From NCBI GenBank assembly GCA_049599475.1, contig JBMYOQ010000031.1, positions 1 to 45,298 on the forward strand: a stretch of 45,298 bases of DNA, written 5' to 3'. The DNA comes from Opitutales bacterium (GTDB taxonomy: Bacteria; Verrucomicrobiota; Verrucomicrobiia; Opitutales; JABSRG01). Numbering within the stretch: position 1 is the stretch's first letter; each line of letters begins with the position of its first letter. This document shows positions 24,432-34,223 of this stretch, piece by piece. Both the position numbers and the translations under genes were made by a program. The notes beneath the pieces were generated by a model, which searched no databases, had not been told where the DNA came from, and worked only from the letters and a program-made list of their open reading frames with translations.

Positions 24432-26326
24432 CCCGCAGCTCCCTTCTTGCTGCTGGCGGCAATTTTGAGCCAATTACTTGAGATAGACGAGCTTTCGGAT
24501 TTCCACTCAGAGTATTGAAAATCGCCCAAATTCGAGTCGCTACGGAAAAGCGCATTCTCTGATTTTCGGAGGAAGGCGCAGGTCTCATTACGCAGGGATT
24601 CTTCTATCTGAGTCTTGCCCTCCATCTGTGTTTTAAACTCGTCTGCGGTCCAAGCCTCTGCAGCGGGTCCAAATACGCTAGAAACGGCGGCCCGGACTTC
24701 ACCTGCTGTCGCTAGAATGAATGCACGTGCATCTCCGGCATCCATCGCAGATTCGCCCTCATCGCTGAATTTTTGGACATTTGCATGGGCTTCTTGCAGG
24801 CGCCTGCGGTGCTCGTCGCGAGCTAAATTTTGCCTTACCTTAATCAACACGAAGCCCGAAAGAGTTAGCAGCAGAACGCCGAATTGTGACCATTGGAAGG
24901 CTGGTGCGTAAGCGAGTGGGGCAGGGATACTCGCTTGTCTTCCGAGATCCATGATCAACACATCTTCTTCCGCTTCCTCTTGGGCTTGAGCTTCTTCAAG
25001 ATCTGCGAAGTACTGAGAGAAATCTTCGGCGTCCGGATTGGGCTCAATATCTACAGGAATGGCGCCCGTTTCCAAGGTCTTGTAGGATTCACTAGAGGGG
25101 TCAAAATAGGCGAACTTTACCGCGGGAATTGCTTGAACATCTTCGTGTGTAGGAATGAGGGTGTAGCTGAAGCGTTTGCGCCCGCTGTAGCTCAGAGCGT
25201 CTCCTGCCTGAAATTCTGATTCTGGTTCGAAGGTCTTCCAATCTTTACCAAGATCGAGCGGCGGTGCCTGGATCCGATTGAAATTTCCTTGTCCGATGAT
25301 GTCTACAGTGAGGCGAATCGGATTTCCCACCATAGAAGAACCGGTGCTCGGAACCACCTTTAGGCCAAAATCACCAATCGCGCCGCTGAAGATATCGGGT
25401 TGAGATTTCAGGGGTAGGGGCTTCACCGGAATAAGGCGTGGCTCAGAATTGATCATGAAGTCTCTCACATCGCGTCCGCGATTGGTCCCCATTCTGGATT
25501 GATTTAGGGGAGAGTTCATGCCGAATCTCTGGTTGAGCAAATCGAACACCGATCGAGAGCGCTGGCCTTGTGATATTCGGGCGCGTGCCTCGAACTGTAT
25601 GGTCTGTTCGCCTCCTTTAATTGGAGTCAGGGTGATCGGCCATGAATTCACGTTATAGATCGCTCCGCTGCGCGTGGCTCGGCTGCGAATCTCCTGGCGA
25701 GCGCGGGTACCTTCAGAAAACGCTGTACCTAGTTTATTAATACCCTGAATTTGGTAGTTCGAGTATTCCTCTTTCACCCACACTTGAATCGTGGCCTTCA
25801 CCGTTTCTCCCACATAGACCTGATCTTGGGGCATGATGAGTTCCATAATGACGGACTCAGCCTGCGCATTATTTGAAGTGTCTATGACTTCGAGGCTGGC
25901 GCCCGCTACATTAAACGTGGTGCCTAAATATTCGACGACGAAAGGTGAAATCGTGTAAAACCCGGGCTCTTTCGCACGGACGCGGAATGGATATGTAATG
26001 GTAACCACCGTACGTTGGCCAGTGATCCCATTGAAGGACCTTTCCATTCTGCTAGAATAATTCATGGCGCTCATTTCGAGGCCGGCTACCTGGGGAATAT
26101 TTATTCTGTTCGGGGGATTTATGGAATTCGTACCGCTCCGAACTTCATGAGCAAAGGACAGCTCTAAACTCGTATACTGGTTAGGCTCGACGATGCTTGG
26201 ATTAAATGCGAATTGGACCTGCACTTGGCTCGGGTCGATCGCGTTTTGTGCAGATGCAGATAGTGGTGCCAGCGTTGTGAGAACGAGGATCGTGATAAGC
26301 TGCTGAACTGTGTTGAGGAGCTTCAT
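24428..26326 (-). CDS. batD: BatD-family protein
   Basis: Signal peptide, VYVGE, VKPLP..FSGAIGDF, G.GN, FAYFDP, C-terminal TM helix; position in bat operon. Confidence 0.85.
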   Translation of the reverse strand: MKLLNTVQQLITILVLTTLAPLSASAQNAIDPSQVQVQFAFNPSIVEPNQYTSLELSFAHEVRSGTNSINPPNRINIPQVAGLEMSAMNYSSRMERSFNGITGQRTVVTITYPFRVRAKEPGFYTISPFVVEYLGTTFNVAGASLEVIDTSNNAQAESVIMELIMPQDQVYVGETVKATIQVWVKEEYSNYQIQGINKLGTAFSEGTRARQEIRSRATRSGAIYNVNSWPITLTPIKGGEQTIQFEARARISQGQRSRSVFDLLNQRFGMNSPLNQSRMGTNRGRDVRDFMINSEPRLIPVKPLPLKSQPDIFSGAIGDFGLKVVPSTGSSMVGNPIRLTVDIIGQGNFNRIQAPPLDLGKDWKTFEPESEFQAGDALSYSGRKRFSYTLIPTHEDVQAIPAVKFAYFDPSSESYKTLETGAIPVDIEPNPDAEDFSQYFADLEEAQAQEEAEEDVLIMDLGRQASIPAPLAYAPAFQWSQFGVLLLTLSGFVLIKVRQNLARDEHRRRLQEAHANVQKFSDEGESAMDAGDARAFILATAGEVRAAVSSVFGPAAEAWTADEFKTQMEGKTQIEESLRNETCAFLRKSENALFRSDSNLGDFQYSEWKSESSSISSNWLKIAASSKKGAAG

Positions 26327-27087
26327 TAATAATCTCGTTTATCCCGGCTGAGTTTGTCCGCGTCTGCGCGGTCTATCGTAATGAATGGAAGTTGTTTTTC
26401 CTGTCCGCTCAAGGTCTCCAATAGGCGCATGGCTTCTTCCTCTGTCATGTAAACCGTTCGTCCTTCACCGCCGGCGTCTGTGGCTTCGGCAGGATTGCCC
26501 TCCGCATCTGGATCGGCTTCTCCGAACTGGCCGTCGTCCTGTCCATCTAATGTTTGGTCGGCATATTCTTCGGCGGACTTTTCCCCTTGGCGATCGCCAT
26601 CAAGATCCCCGGAGTCCTGTCCGTCTTGTCCATTCTCGGAATTACTTTGCTGGCTCGAGTCGCCAGACTGGTCTGATGAGTCCCCGTCTTGTCCTTCCTG
26701 GCTATTTTGACCGTCTTGCCCCTGTTGACCTTGATCACCTTGGTCCCCTTGTTGGCCCTGGTCTCCTTGATCTCCGGAATCACCATCTTGGTCCTCTTGT
26801 TCCTCGGATTCTTCCTGTTCTTCTTGCTCTTGCTGCTGCTGTTGTTGGCGCTGTTGGGCCTTCTCGATCAGATCGCGCAGAGCCGTGAGCTCTTCGTTGG
26901 ATGGGTATTGGTCGAGACCGAGATTCACGGCCTCTTTGGCTGCTTCGAGATCGTCTGAGTAGTAGGCCTTTGCACCCATGTCGAAGTAGGACAGAACTGA
27001 AACATTGGCCCGCGCATTATGAAGTGAGCATACGAAAAGAAGGATGCTTAGGCTCCTGGTGAAATTGTGTATGAATCGCCGCTTCAT
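26326..27087 (-). CDS. BatC-like protein: signal peptide, one TPR-like hairpin, Q/E/D/G low-complexity linker, C-terminal 'EAMRLLE...RDY' motif
   Basis: C-terminal MTEEEAMRLLETL...DY resembles the BatC tail; lies between batB and batD. Confidence 0.65.
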   Translation of the reverse strand: MKRRFIHNFTRSLSILLFVCSLHNARANVSVLSYFDMGAKAYYSDDLEAAKEAVNLGLDQYPSNEELTALRDLIEKAQQRQQQQQQEQEEQEESEEQEDQDGDSGDQGDQGQQGDQGDQGQQGQDGQNSQEGQDGDSSDQSGDSSQQSNSENGQDGQDSGDLDGDRQGEKSAEEYADQTLDGQDDGQFGEADPDAEGNPAEATDAGGEGRTVYMTEEEAMRLLETLSGQEKQLPFITIDRADADKLSRDKRDY

Positions 27088-29057
27088 GGATTGTTAAACT
27101 CCGAAGTGGGTGGGGCTTGAGTCGGTGGAGGTGCGAGAATATTTACGATCTCGTTGAGTCGCTTTTGTTTCTCTTTGTAGACCTCTGCTGTAGGATCGTT
27201 CTTCGCTATATCCTCAAGGATCGACACAGCGTCGAAATAAGAGTTTTGTCCCACAAGTTTATCGGCGATCGCTTCAGCCTGAATAACTGCCTGTGTGGGC
27301 TGCTTCAGCTCATAGATCATCTCATCGAGAGCCTCTTCAATTTTGGGAAGCATCTCCTGATGGCGTGCTAGCTCATTCCACTCAGTCTCCGATGACGCCA
27401 AGAGGTTTTGCAAGGCCTCCAGGTTGTTTTTAATATCTTCCTCATCGGGTGTGAGCTCCTGGGCGTTGAGCCAAGCAACCTCTGCATCGCGAAGAAGTTT
27501 TCTGCGGTCTCGGGCAGGGTCAGAAGTTTCAAGAAGTTGTTCGTCCATTTGGCGCATCGCTTTCAAGACGCGCTCGGATTGAGTCCATGCCTTTTTGCGT
27601 AAAGGAATTTCTAAGAGGGCTTCCTCTCCAAATTTTAGGGCTTCAAAGGCTGCTTCGAAAGATTGGCGCAGCGTCTCATTGATCGCGGGCAGGTCGAAAT
27701 TTTCAACATTTACCCCCACAGCTCGCGATACGCGCGCTAGGCCGAGATTGTAAAATGCATCTCCTTGCAGTTCGGTGTCACTCGTATTGAGCGCGGCTTG
27801 GAATGCTGCGATGGCTCCCGCAAAATCACCCGCATGGTAGCGGGCCACGGCAAGATTGTAAGCATTGTATGGAGCTTCTGGGCCTATCTCTGGCATTTGA
27901 GATAAGATGTCGATGGCTCCAGTCCAGTCTTCGTTTTGAAGCTTTGAGTAGCCTGTGTAGGCGTCTCTGATTGCGTGGCCATGATGGGGGGTGAATGTGC
28001 CCCATAATAACATGGCGCCGAGGACGAATGAAGCCGCTTTGCTCGAAAGGGCCGGAGAGCCGGTGCGACGATTTCCTATGAAGAAAACAGCTGTGAGTAA
28101 GGCCAATCCTGGAGCCACAAACCATGCGTAGCGCTCGTATGGAATCTCTTCGACGGTCGCTTCTCTCAACTGATCGGGGAGGGATGCGAGTCGCTCTTCA
28201 TAAAGTAATTGGAGTCCATTTCCGCTTACTCCGAGAGGTACGTAGATACCCCCAGAAGCCTGGGCGATCTGGGTGAGCGTCTGTTCATCGAGTCGGGTGA
28301 TGACGGGAGTGCCGTCGGGATTTACCATGTAGCTGCGGTCGCCGAAACGGTCGATTACAGGAATGCGCGCGCCGGAAGCACCACCCACTCCGATTGTGTA
28401 GATCGTGATGCCTGCTTCCAGGGCATCTCGGGCTGCTTCGATGCCTGATTCTTCGAGGTCTTCTCCATCCGTCATCAGAATGAGAATCTTGGCATTCTCT
28501 CCCTCGGGAAAGGCTTCACGCGCTTCATCGATTGCGGCCGCGATGTCTGTCCCTCGCTGTGGTATGATACCTGGTTTGATTGACTTTAGGGTCAATCGGA
28601 AGGCATTCATATCGAAGGTCAAGGGGCATTGAAGGAAGGCGTCGCCGGCGAAAGCGATGATGCCAACACGGTCGCCCACTGTGGTCTTGATGAAGTCGCG
28701 GATGGCGAGTTTCGAGCGCTCCAATCTGTTGGGAACGATATCTTCTGCTCGCATGCTATTAGATGCATCCAAGGCGAAAATAATATCGATCCCGCGGCCC
28801 TCAATTTCGCGTTCCTCTGAGCCCCATTGAGGTCTGGCTGCTCCAATGCTGAGGAAAAGAAGAGTCAGCAGAATAAAGATATTCCGTGTCCAGACTAAGC
28901 GTTTGCTGAAGGAGTTCGTAAGATTCCCAAGAAGCCTTGGCGAAATAAAGGTCGATAGCTGCTTCTGGAGACGCCGTTGCCCGTCGATCATCAATACCAC
29001 GATGATCGGTAGAGCGATAGCCATGATGGCAATGACTATGGGATTTTGAAAAATCAT
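27084..29057 (-). CDS. batB: BatB-like VWA domain protein with TPR and helical extension
   Basis: ARPQWG, MIDAS DASNSM, PNRLERSK, FAGDAFLQCPLT, TDGED; TPR YNLAVARY / FYNLG. Confidence 0.85.
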   Translation of the reverse strand: MIFQNPIVIAIMAIALPIIVVLMIDGQRRLQKQLSTFISPRLLGNLTNSFSKRLVWTRNIFILLTLLFLSIGAARPQWGSEEREIEGRGIDIIFALDASNSMRAEDIVPNRLERSKLAIRDFIKTTVGDRVGIIAFAGDAFLQCPLTFDMNAFRLTLKSIKPGIIPQRGTDIAAAIDEAREAFPEGENAKILILMTDGEDLEESGIEAARDALEAGITIYTIGVGGASGARIPVIDRFGDRSYMVNPDGTPVITRLDEQTLTQIAQASGGIYVPLGVSGNGLQLLYEERLASLPDQLREATVEEIPYERYAWFVAPGLALLTAVFFIGNRRTGSPALSSKAASFVLGAMLLWGTFTPHHGHAIRDAYTGYSKLQNEDWTGAIDILSQMPEIGPEAPYNAYNLAVARYHAGDFAGAIAAFQAALNTSDTELQGDAFYNLGLARVSRAVGVNVENFDLPAINETLRQSFEAAFEALKFGEEALLEIPLRKKAWTQSERVLKAMRQMDEQLLETSDPARDRRKLLRDAEVAWLNAQELTPDEEDIKNNLEALQNLLASSETEWNELARHQEMLPKIEEALDEMIYELKQPTQAVIQAEAIADKLVGQNSYFDAVSILEDIAKNDPTAEVYKEKQKRLNEIVNILAPPPTQAPPTSEFNNP

Positions 29058-30085
29058 GGAATGCGTCGTGACCGGGTGTTGCGTAGAAGTTCACCGATAA
29101 GCAAAATGCCTACAGCCGCAAAGAGGGGATAGGCGAAAAGCTCATTGTGCTTTGCATAGCTCTGGAGGGTAATTTCAGTTTTCTCCAGTTCATCAATCTC
29201 CGCGTAAATATCAGTGAGCCCTTGGGTGTCGTTGGCGCGATAGAATTTGCCGTCGGAGATTTGTGCGATGTCGCGTAGGGTCGATTCGTTGACGGGAACT
29301 GGTCCACGGCGAATGGATGGAACCGGCCGACCATTGGCATCGCGAAAAATGTTTCCTCGAGAATCAGTCTGAGGTGATGGAGCGGAATCCTCAGTGCCTG
29401 CAGCAATGGTGTATACCTTGATACCGTAGGCGGCAGCGGCCTCGGCAGCGGCTTCGGGCGAGAGAGTGCCTCGATTGTTGTCACCGTCCGACAGGAGAAT
29501 GACGATTTTACTCTCTGACTCCATTTCGCGTAGACGGTTGACGCACATGCCTAGGGCAGACCCTATGGCGGTGCCTCCTTGAGGAATCAGGCCGACTTCG
29601 AGGCGGGCAAAGTTTTTATTCAACCAGTCATGGTTCAAGGTGAGTGGGCTCACCAGATAAGGAGCCTCCGCGAAGGCGACCATTCCAATGCGGTCGAACT
29701 CGCGGTCCTCAATAAAGCCTGCAACCACGGTCTTGACTGCTTCAAGGCGGGTATCGCGCTGGCCATCAATGAAAAAGTCCATGGCAAGCATCGATCCCGA
29801 TACGTCGATCGCCAACATGATGTCTACACCGCTCGATTCGGTGGTCTCCTCGATATCGGTAATTCGAGGTCGCGCTAGGGCGATCACGATTAAAATCCAG
29901 GGTAACACTAAGAATAGCCAATTCAGGCTACCTTTTCGTGATTTTACCGGATGACTACCTTTCGTTATCAACTTGAGGCTACTGTAGCGCACGGCTGCGG
30001 GTTTGCCTTGCTTGCTACGCAACCACAGTAGCAGAGGTAGTAACAGCAAAAGGAGTAATACGGCTGGGAACGCAAAATTGATCAT
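29054..30085 (-). CDS. batA: BatA VWA domain protein
   Basis: ALARPR, GVDIMLAIDVSGSM (MIDAS), DRIGMVAF, GTAIGSAL, LSDGDNN, IDELEK. Confidence 0.9.
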   Translation of the reverse strand: MINFAFPAVLLLLLLLPLLLWLRSKQGKPAAVRYSSLKLITKGSHPVKSRKGSLNWLFLVLPWILIVIALARPRITDIEETTESSGVDIMLAIDVSGSMLAMDFFIDGQRDTRLEAVKTVVAGFIEDREFDRIGMVAFAEAPYLVSPLTLNHDWLNKNFARLEVGLIPQGGTAIGSALGMCVNRLREMESESKIVILLSDGDNNRGTLSPEAAAEAAAAYGIKVYTIAAGTEDSAPSPQTDSRGNIFRDANGRPVPSIRRGPVPVNESTLRDIAQISDGKFYRANDTQGLTDIYAEIDELEKTEITLQSYAKHNELFAYPLFAAVGILLIGELLRNTRSRRIP

Positions 30086-30747
30086 ACGGCTACGGGCCTC
30101 CTTTCACTACGTTTGCTGAGTGGTGGAGGTTTGCTTGTATCCATCCGGCTACGTTTGACCACGAAACGGTATAGCTTTTCCACGAGCAGCCCGGCTTCCT
30201 TTAGCAGGCTTTGGCGCTGTTCTTTGTCGACCGATTGTTGGGCAAACTTCGCCATATCACAAAGACCCAAAAAGCGCTCTAAATGTTCCTTAATATCCTT
30301 TGTGAAGAAGGGGTGTTTCTGGATCGAATGCAGGAATTCCTCGGTGGTCTGCTCTTGCGCTGGGATTTCGCAAGCTTGCTCAATATACCGTCTTACAATT
30401 TCGGATACTTCGCTTGAAAATTCGCGTGCCTCGAGCTGATCGGTACGGTTCTCGAGGCTTTTGATTGCTTCCAGCGCTATATTGAGCGGATTGATTTTAG
30501 CAGCAGGATCTTCGCTTGATCGTCTCCCCGAACGATAGAAGTAAATGCCTCCTGCGACCACGAGAAATAGAATGATTCCGATGCTCCACCAAACGTAGGC
30601 AGGCAGGAGCGGCACTGGGAATGGATCGCGTAGGGGAGAAAAGGGTATGTCTTTGATTCCCTGTGTCGTTTGGGCGGAGAGGGCAGAAACTGCGCATAAG
30701 GCGGCGGTGCCCCACACTAAGGATTTGGCTGCGAAAAATGCGCTCAC
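30082..30747 (-). CDS. DUF4381-like membrane protein of bat operons
   Basis: Probable GTG start 30747 overlapping the DUF58 stop (GTGA); TM helix; VRRYIE, EQTTEEFL, CDMAKFA. Confidence 0.75.
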   Translation of the reverse strand: MSAFFAAKSLVWGTAALCAVSALSAQTTQGIKDIPFSPLRDPFPVPLLPAYVWWSIGIILFLVVAGGIYFYRSGRRSSEDPAAKINPLNIALEAIKSLENRTDQLEAREFSSEVSEIVRRYIEQACEIPAQEQTTEEFLHSIQKHPFFTKDIKEHLERFLGLCDMAKFAQQSVDKEQRQSLLKEAGLLVEKLYRFVVKRSRMDTSKPPPLSKRSERRPVAV

Positions 30748-31676
30748 AAGCGGGCCCCCCTTCGCATGAAAACCTTCTGGAGTGCGACCACATACGCCTC
30801 TTCTGTAGAAATGGTAACAGCATCCACGCCCGCTCGACGGAATGCTTTCTCCAGGATCTCGAGGCGTTCTTCGTTGTTTTTCCTGAAAGCCTCTCGGACA
30901 GAAGCATTGCCAGTGTCGATCTCGACAATCTCGCCCGTCTCGCCGTCCTCTAGACGAATCCAACCCACATCGGGCAAAATCTGTTCCCGGGGATCGGTGA
31001 TTTGCAGGCAAATTAGGTCGTGGCGCTGGTTGCACAGAGCAATCTGGTCCAGCGTGAGGTCGCGGGAATTTTTGTCGGCCTTAAGCTGATGCTCCCACAG
31101 ATCCAAGAAATCTGAAATGACACAGATGATCGCTTTTCTACGCAGCAGACGCATCATGCGTTTGAGGGCAAGGTCTGTGCGTGTGCCACGGTGTTTGGGC
31201 TGATAAAAGAGGCATTCACGGATAATGCGCAATACGTGCTGGCGTCCCTTTTTCGGCGGCACAAACATCTCTACCTGATCGGTGTATATGAGCAGGCCGA
31301 CTTTATCATTGTTGCGCGTGGCGGAGAAGGCTAGGACGCTCGCGATTTCTGCGGCACGCTCGCGCTTGCTCTGCTCGACTGAGCCAAAATCTCCAGATGC
31401 ACTGAGATCCAGAACGACCATCATGGTGAGTTCGCGCTCTTCGCGGAATTTTTTCACGAAGGGATGGTCCATCTTCGCGGTGACATTCCAATCGATCGAG
31501 CGCACGTCGTCGCCAGGGACATATTCACGGACTTCTTCGAAGTCCATTCCTTGGCCTTTGAAGCTGGAATGGTAGGCGCCGGTCAACGAATCGGTGACCA
31601 TGCGGCGGGTGCGGATTTCGATTTGACGAACCCGCTTCAGTATTTCAGCTGTCGATTGCTCCGTTGCCTCTGGCAT
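30744..31676 (-). CDS. DUF58 domain protein
   Basis: YHSSFKGQGMDFEEVREYVPGDDVRSIDWNVTA, EEREL, DLSASG, ISDF. Confidence 0.92.
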   Translation of the reverse strand: MPEATEQSTAEILKRVRQIEIRTRRMVTDSLTGAYHSSFKGQGMDFEEVREYVPGDDVRSIDWNVTAKMDHPFVKKFREERELTMMVVLDLSASGDFGSVEQSKRERAAEIASVLAFSATRNNDKVGLLIYTDQVEMFVPPKKGRQHVLRIIRECLFYQPKHRGTRTDLALKRMMRLLRRKAIICVISDFLDLWEHQLKADKNSRDLTLDQIALCNQRHDLICLQITDPREQILPDVGWIRLEDGETGEIVEIDTGNASVREAFRKNNEERLEILEKAFRRAGVDAVTISTEEAYVVALQKVFMRRGARL

Positions 31677-31697
31677 GGATGAGTAGGGACTGTCCGT

Positions 31698-32687
31698 TTA
31701 CGGGACTGGGACGGTCTCGAAAATCTTATTCAAAATGTCTTCAGAAGTCACTCCCTCGGCTTCTGCTTCGTAACTCGCGATTACGCGGTGGCGCAGCACA
31801 TCGGCTCCGATAGTTTTGACGTCTTGTGGGGTCACAAATGCGCGACCTTGAAGAAGGGCCCAAGCTTTGGAGGCGACGGTGAGCGCGATGGTCGCACGCG
31901 GTGAGGCGCCAAATTGAATGAATGGTCCGATATCTAGCTTGAATTGCGATGGCTCCCGTGTGGCGAAGACGAGATCGAGAATATAGTGTTTTACCTTCTC
32001 GTCCATGTAGATGTCATTCACGAGTTTTCGCGTCTTGATGACTGAATCGATCGGGATGACTGCGTTTACCTGGGTGTCAGCGGACGTCTTACCCATGTTC
32101 TCGAGGATTTCTAGTTCATCCTCGCGGGTAGGGTAGCCGATTTTGAGCTTCAACATGAAGCGGTCCACCTGAGCTTCTGGGAGCTGGTAGGTGCCCTCCT
32201 GGTCGATGGGATTCTCAGTCGCTAATACCAGGAATGGGTTGGGCAGTTGAAAAGTCTCCTCGCCGATGGTGACTTGGCGCTCTTGCATACCTTCGAGCAT
32301 AGCACTTTGCACCTTTGCGGGAGCCCGGTTAATTTCATCGGCCAGGACTAGGTTGGCAAAGATTGGCCCCTTTTTAGTGAAGAAGTTCGCTTCACGAGGG
32401 TTGTAAACCAAAGTTCCAATGATGTCCGCAGGGAGTAGGTCTGGTGTAAACTGAATGCGGGCAAAATCTGCCTGAATGGCCGTCGCGAGCGTGCGGATCG
32501 ATAATGTTTTCGCCAATCCGGGAACACCTTCGAGGAGAATGTGACCGTTTGCGATGAGTCCTACGATCAGACGGTCAATCAGGTATTTTTGGCCGACGAT
32601 CACGCGGCTCATTTCCCGTCTGAGGGCTGCTATCCATTCAGAATCCTTACGGATTGCCTCGTTTAATTGTTCGAGTGAAAGACTCAT
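31698..32687 (-). CDS. moxR: MoxR-family AAA+ ATPase
   Basis: LLEGVPGLAKT, RIQFTPDLLPADI, LADEINRAPAKVQSA, EGTYQLPEAQVDRF, GASPRA. Confidence 0.96.
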   Translation of the reverse strand: MSLSLEQLNEAIRKDSEWIAALRREMSRVIVGQKYLIDRLIVGLIANGHILLEGVPGLAKTLSIRTLATAIQADFARIQFTPDLLPADIIGTLVYNPREANFFTKKGPIFANLVLADEINRAPAKVQSAMLEGMQERQVTIGEETFQLPNPFLVLATENPIDQEGTYQLPEAQVDRFMLKLKIGYPTREDELEILENMGKTSADTQVNAVIPIDSVIKTRKLVNDIYMDEKVKHYILDLVFATREPSQFKLDIGPFIQFGASPRATIALTVASKAWALLQGRAFVTPQDVKTIGADVLRHRVIASYEAEAEGVTSEDILNKIFETVPVP

Positions 32688-32845
32688 AAGTGGGTAATAG
32701 TCGTGTAGGTAGTTTCGAGCAAAGTTATAAACGGTGATGCTTTCCTGGGTTTCCGCAAGCGGAATTGCCTGCAGGACACAATCTTCGGTGAATAAGTTCC
32801 CCTATAAGCACAGGATAAACCAAATTCGGCACAACATGCTTCGTT

Positions 32846-32861
32846 CTTGATTCTAATCAAG
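32846..32861. promoter_or_regulatory. Perfect palindrome CTTGATT-CT-AATCAAG, candidate operator upstream of upp
   Basis: 7-bp arms with 2-nt spacer, 19 nt before the upp ATG, in the divergent moxR/upp region. Confidence 0.4.
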
Positions 32862-32880
32862 CGCATGCTTGGGTTGCTGC

Positions 32881-33498
32881 ATGGCTTTAGAGGTATTGAA
32901 ACATGCATTAGTCGAAGAGCATATGGCCGTGGTTCGGGATGTCGAATCGGGGCAGGCAAGCTTCAAACGTTCAGCAGATATTTTGGCGATGGCCTTGGCT
33001 ATGGAGATGAGCCGCGATTTACCGCTGGCCTCGAGTCAGGTAGAAACTCCGCTCGAAACGACGGAGGTGAAGCGCGTTGCTTCAAATCCTATTTTAATAC
33101 CGATCCTGCGAGCCGGGCTTTCGATGCTGGAACCGTTTCGGACTATCTTACCTGAGTCTCCGGTGGGGTTCATTGGTCAGGAGCGCGATGAAGAGACGGC
33201 CGAAGCGCACACCTATTATTTCAAATCTCCATCCTTTGAGGGGAAGACGGTGTATCTACTCGACCCGATGTTGGCCACAGGTGGTTCCGCTATCGGTGCC
33301 TTGGAGCGTATTTATGCATCAAACCCTGCTGCAGTAAAATTTGCCTGCGTTGTGGCGGCTCCCGAGGGGGTGAAAGCTGTTGAGGAACGGTTTCCCGATC
33401 TAAAAATAATCGCCTGTGCCTTAGATCGTTGCCTGAACGAAAAAGCTTACATCTGCCCGGGCCTCGGGGATTTTGGTGATCGTTTGATGGGCACCTGA
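32881..33498 (+). CDS. upp: Uracil phosphoribosyltransferase
   Basis: PILRAGLSM, ERDEETA, PRPP motif LLDPMLATGGSA, APEG, YICPGLGDFGDRL; ATG 32881. Confidence 0.96.
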   Translation: MALEVLKHALVEEHMAVVRDVESGQASFKRSADILAMALAMEMSRDLPLASSQVETPLETTEVKRVASNPILIPILRAGLSMLEPFRTILPESPVGFIGQERDEETAEAHTYYFKSPSFEGKTVYLLDPMLATGGSAIGALERIYASNPAAVKFACVVAAPEGVKAVEERFPDLKIIACALDRCLNEKAYICPGLGDFGDRLMGT

Positions 33499-33553
33499 CG
33501 TGCTTATCGGACTCTCTCATCCAAACCTCTCATGCTGTAGCTCTCTCTAATAT

Positions 33554-34219
33554 ATGGATCCTAAGGAAAAGAAATTTATAATTTTGCTCACTGTCTTCAT
33601 CGCTGTACTGGCGATATTGAATGTCATCAGTGGTAAGCTGTTTGAGCTGCCGTTTTTTGGAATGACCATCAGTGCGGGTATCATCTGCTATTGGTTATCA
33701 TTTCCAATCACCGATGTTGTGTCTGAGGTATATGGGCGGGAGCGCGCACAACTGCTCGTCTGGATGGGGTTCTGGGCAAACATCATTGTCCTCACGCTTT
33801 CATTCCTCGCGGTCAAGCTGCCTCCTTCTGATTTTTGGGGAAACCAAGAAGCCTTCGCGACAACCTTGGGCTCTGTTTGGAAAATCGTGCTGGCCTCGCT
33901 GCTGGCCTACCTCGCGGCTCAGTCTCACGACGTATGGGCCTACCATTTCTGGAAGAAACGCACCGGCGGAAAACACATGTGGCTGCGGAATAATCTGAGT
34001 ACAGTCTCTTCGCAGTTAATCGATTCGCTGGTATTCAACGGGGTGGCTTTTTACCTATTGGGCGATCTGACAACCTTCCAATTTCTCCAGGGAGTCGTCG
34101 GGTATTGGCTATTGAAGGTAGTGATCGCAGCGCTGGATACACCGCTTGTTTACCTGTTGCATTATTGGTTAACCGGTTACTGGTCGCCAAGCGCTCAGGA
34201 AGCTCAACAAAAGGGTTAA
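33554..34219 (+). CDS. yhhQ: Queuosine-precursor transporter family (YhhQ/COG1738, VUT)
   Basis: FPITDVVSEVYGRERA, ASLLAYLAAQSHDV, WLRNNLSTVSSQLIDS, K..IAALDTP; multiple TM helices. Confidence 0.88.
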   Translation: MDPKEKKFIILLTVFIAVLAILNVISGKLFELPFFGMTISAGIICYWLSFPITDVVSEVYGRERAQLLVWMGFWANIIVLTLSFLAVKLPPSDFWGNQEAFATTLGSVWKIVLASLLAYLAAQSHDVWAYHFWKKRTGGKHMWLRNNLSTVSSQLIDSLVFNGVAFYLLGDLTTFQFLQGVVGYWLLKVVIAALDTPLVYLLHYWLTGYWSPSAQEAQQKG

Positions 34220-34223
34220 AGGC

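Noticed and set aside
30748..31035. N-terminal 96 aa of the 317-aa ORF 30082-31035
   Set aside because: Overlaps DUF58 in another frame; the GTG at 30747 coupled to the DUF58 stop is the more plausible start
33499..33553. Possible preQ1 riboswitch upstream of yhhQ
   Set aside because: 55-nt pyrimidine-rich gap with no stem or A-rich tail resembling the aptamer
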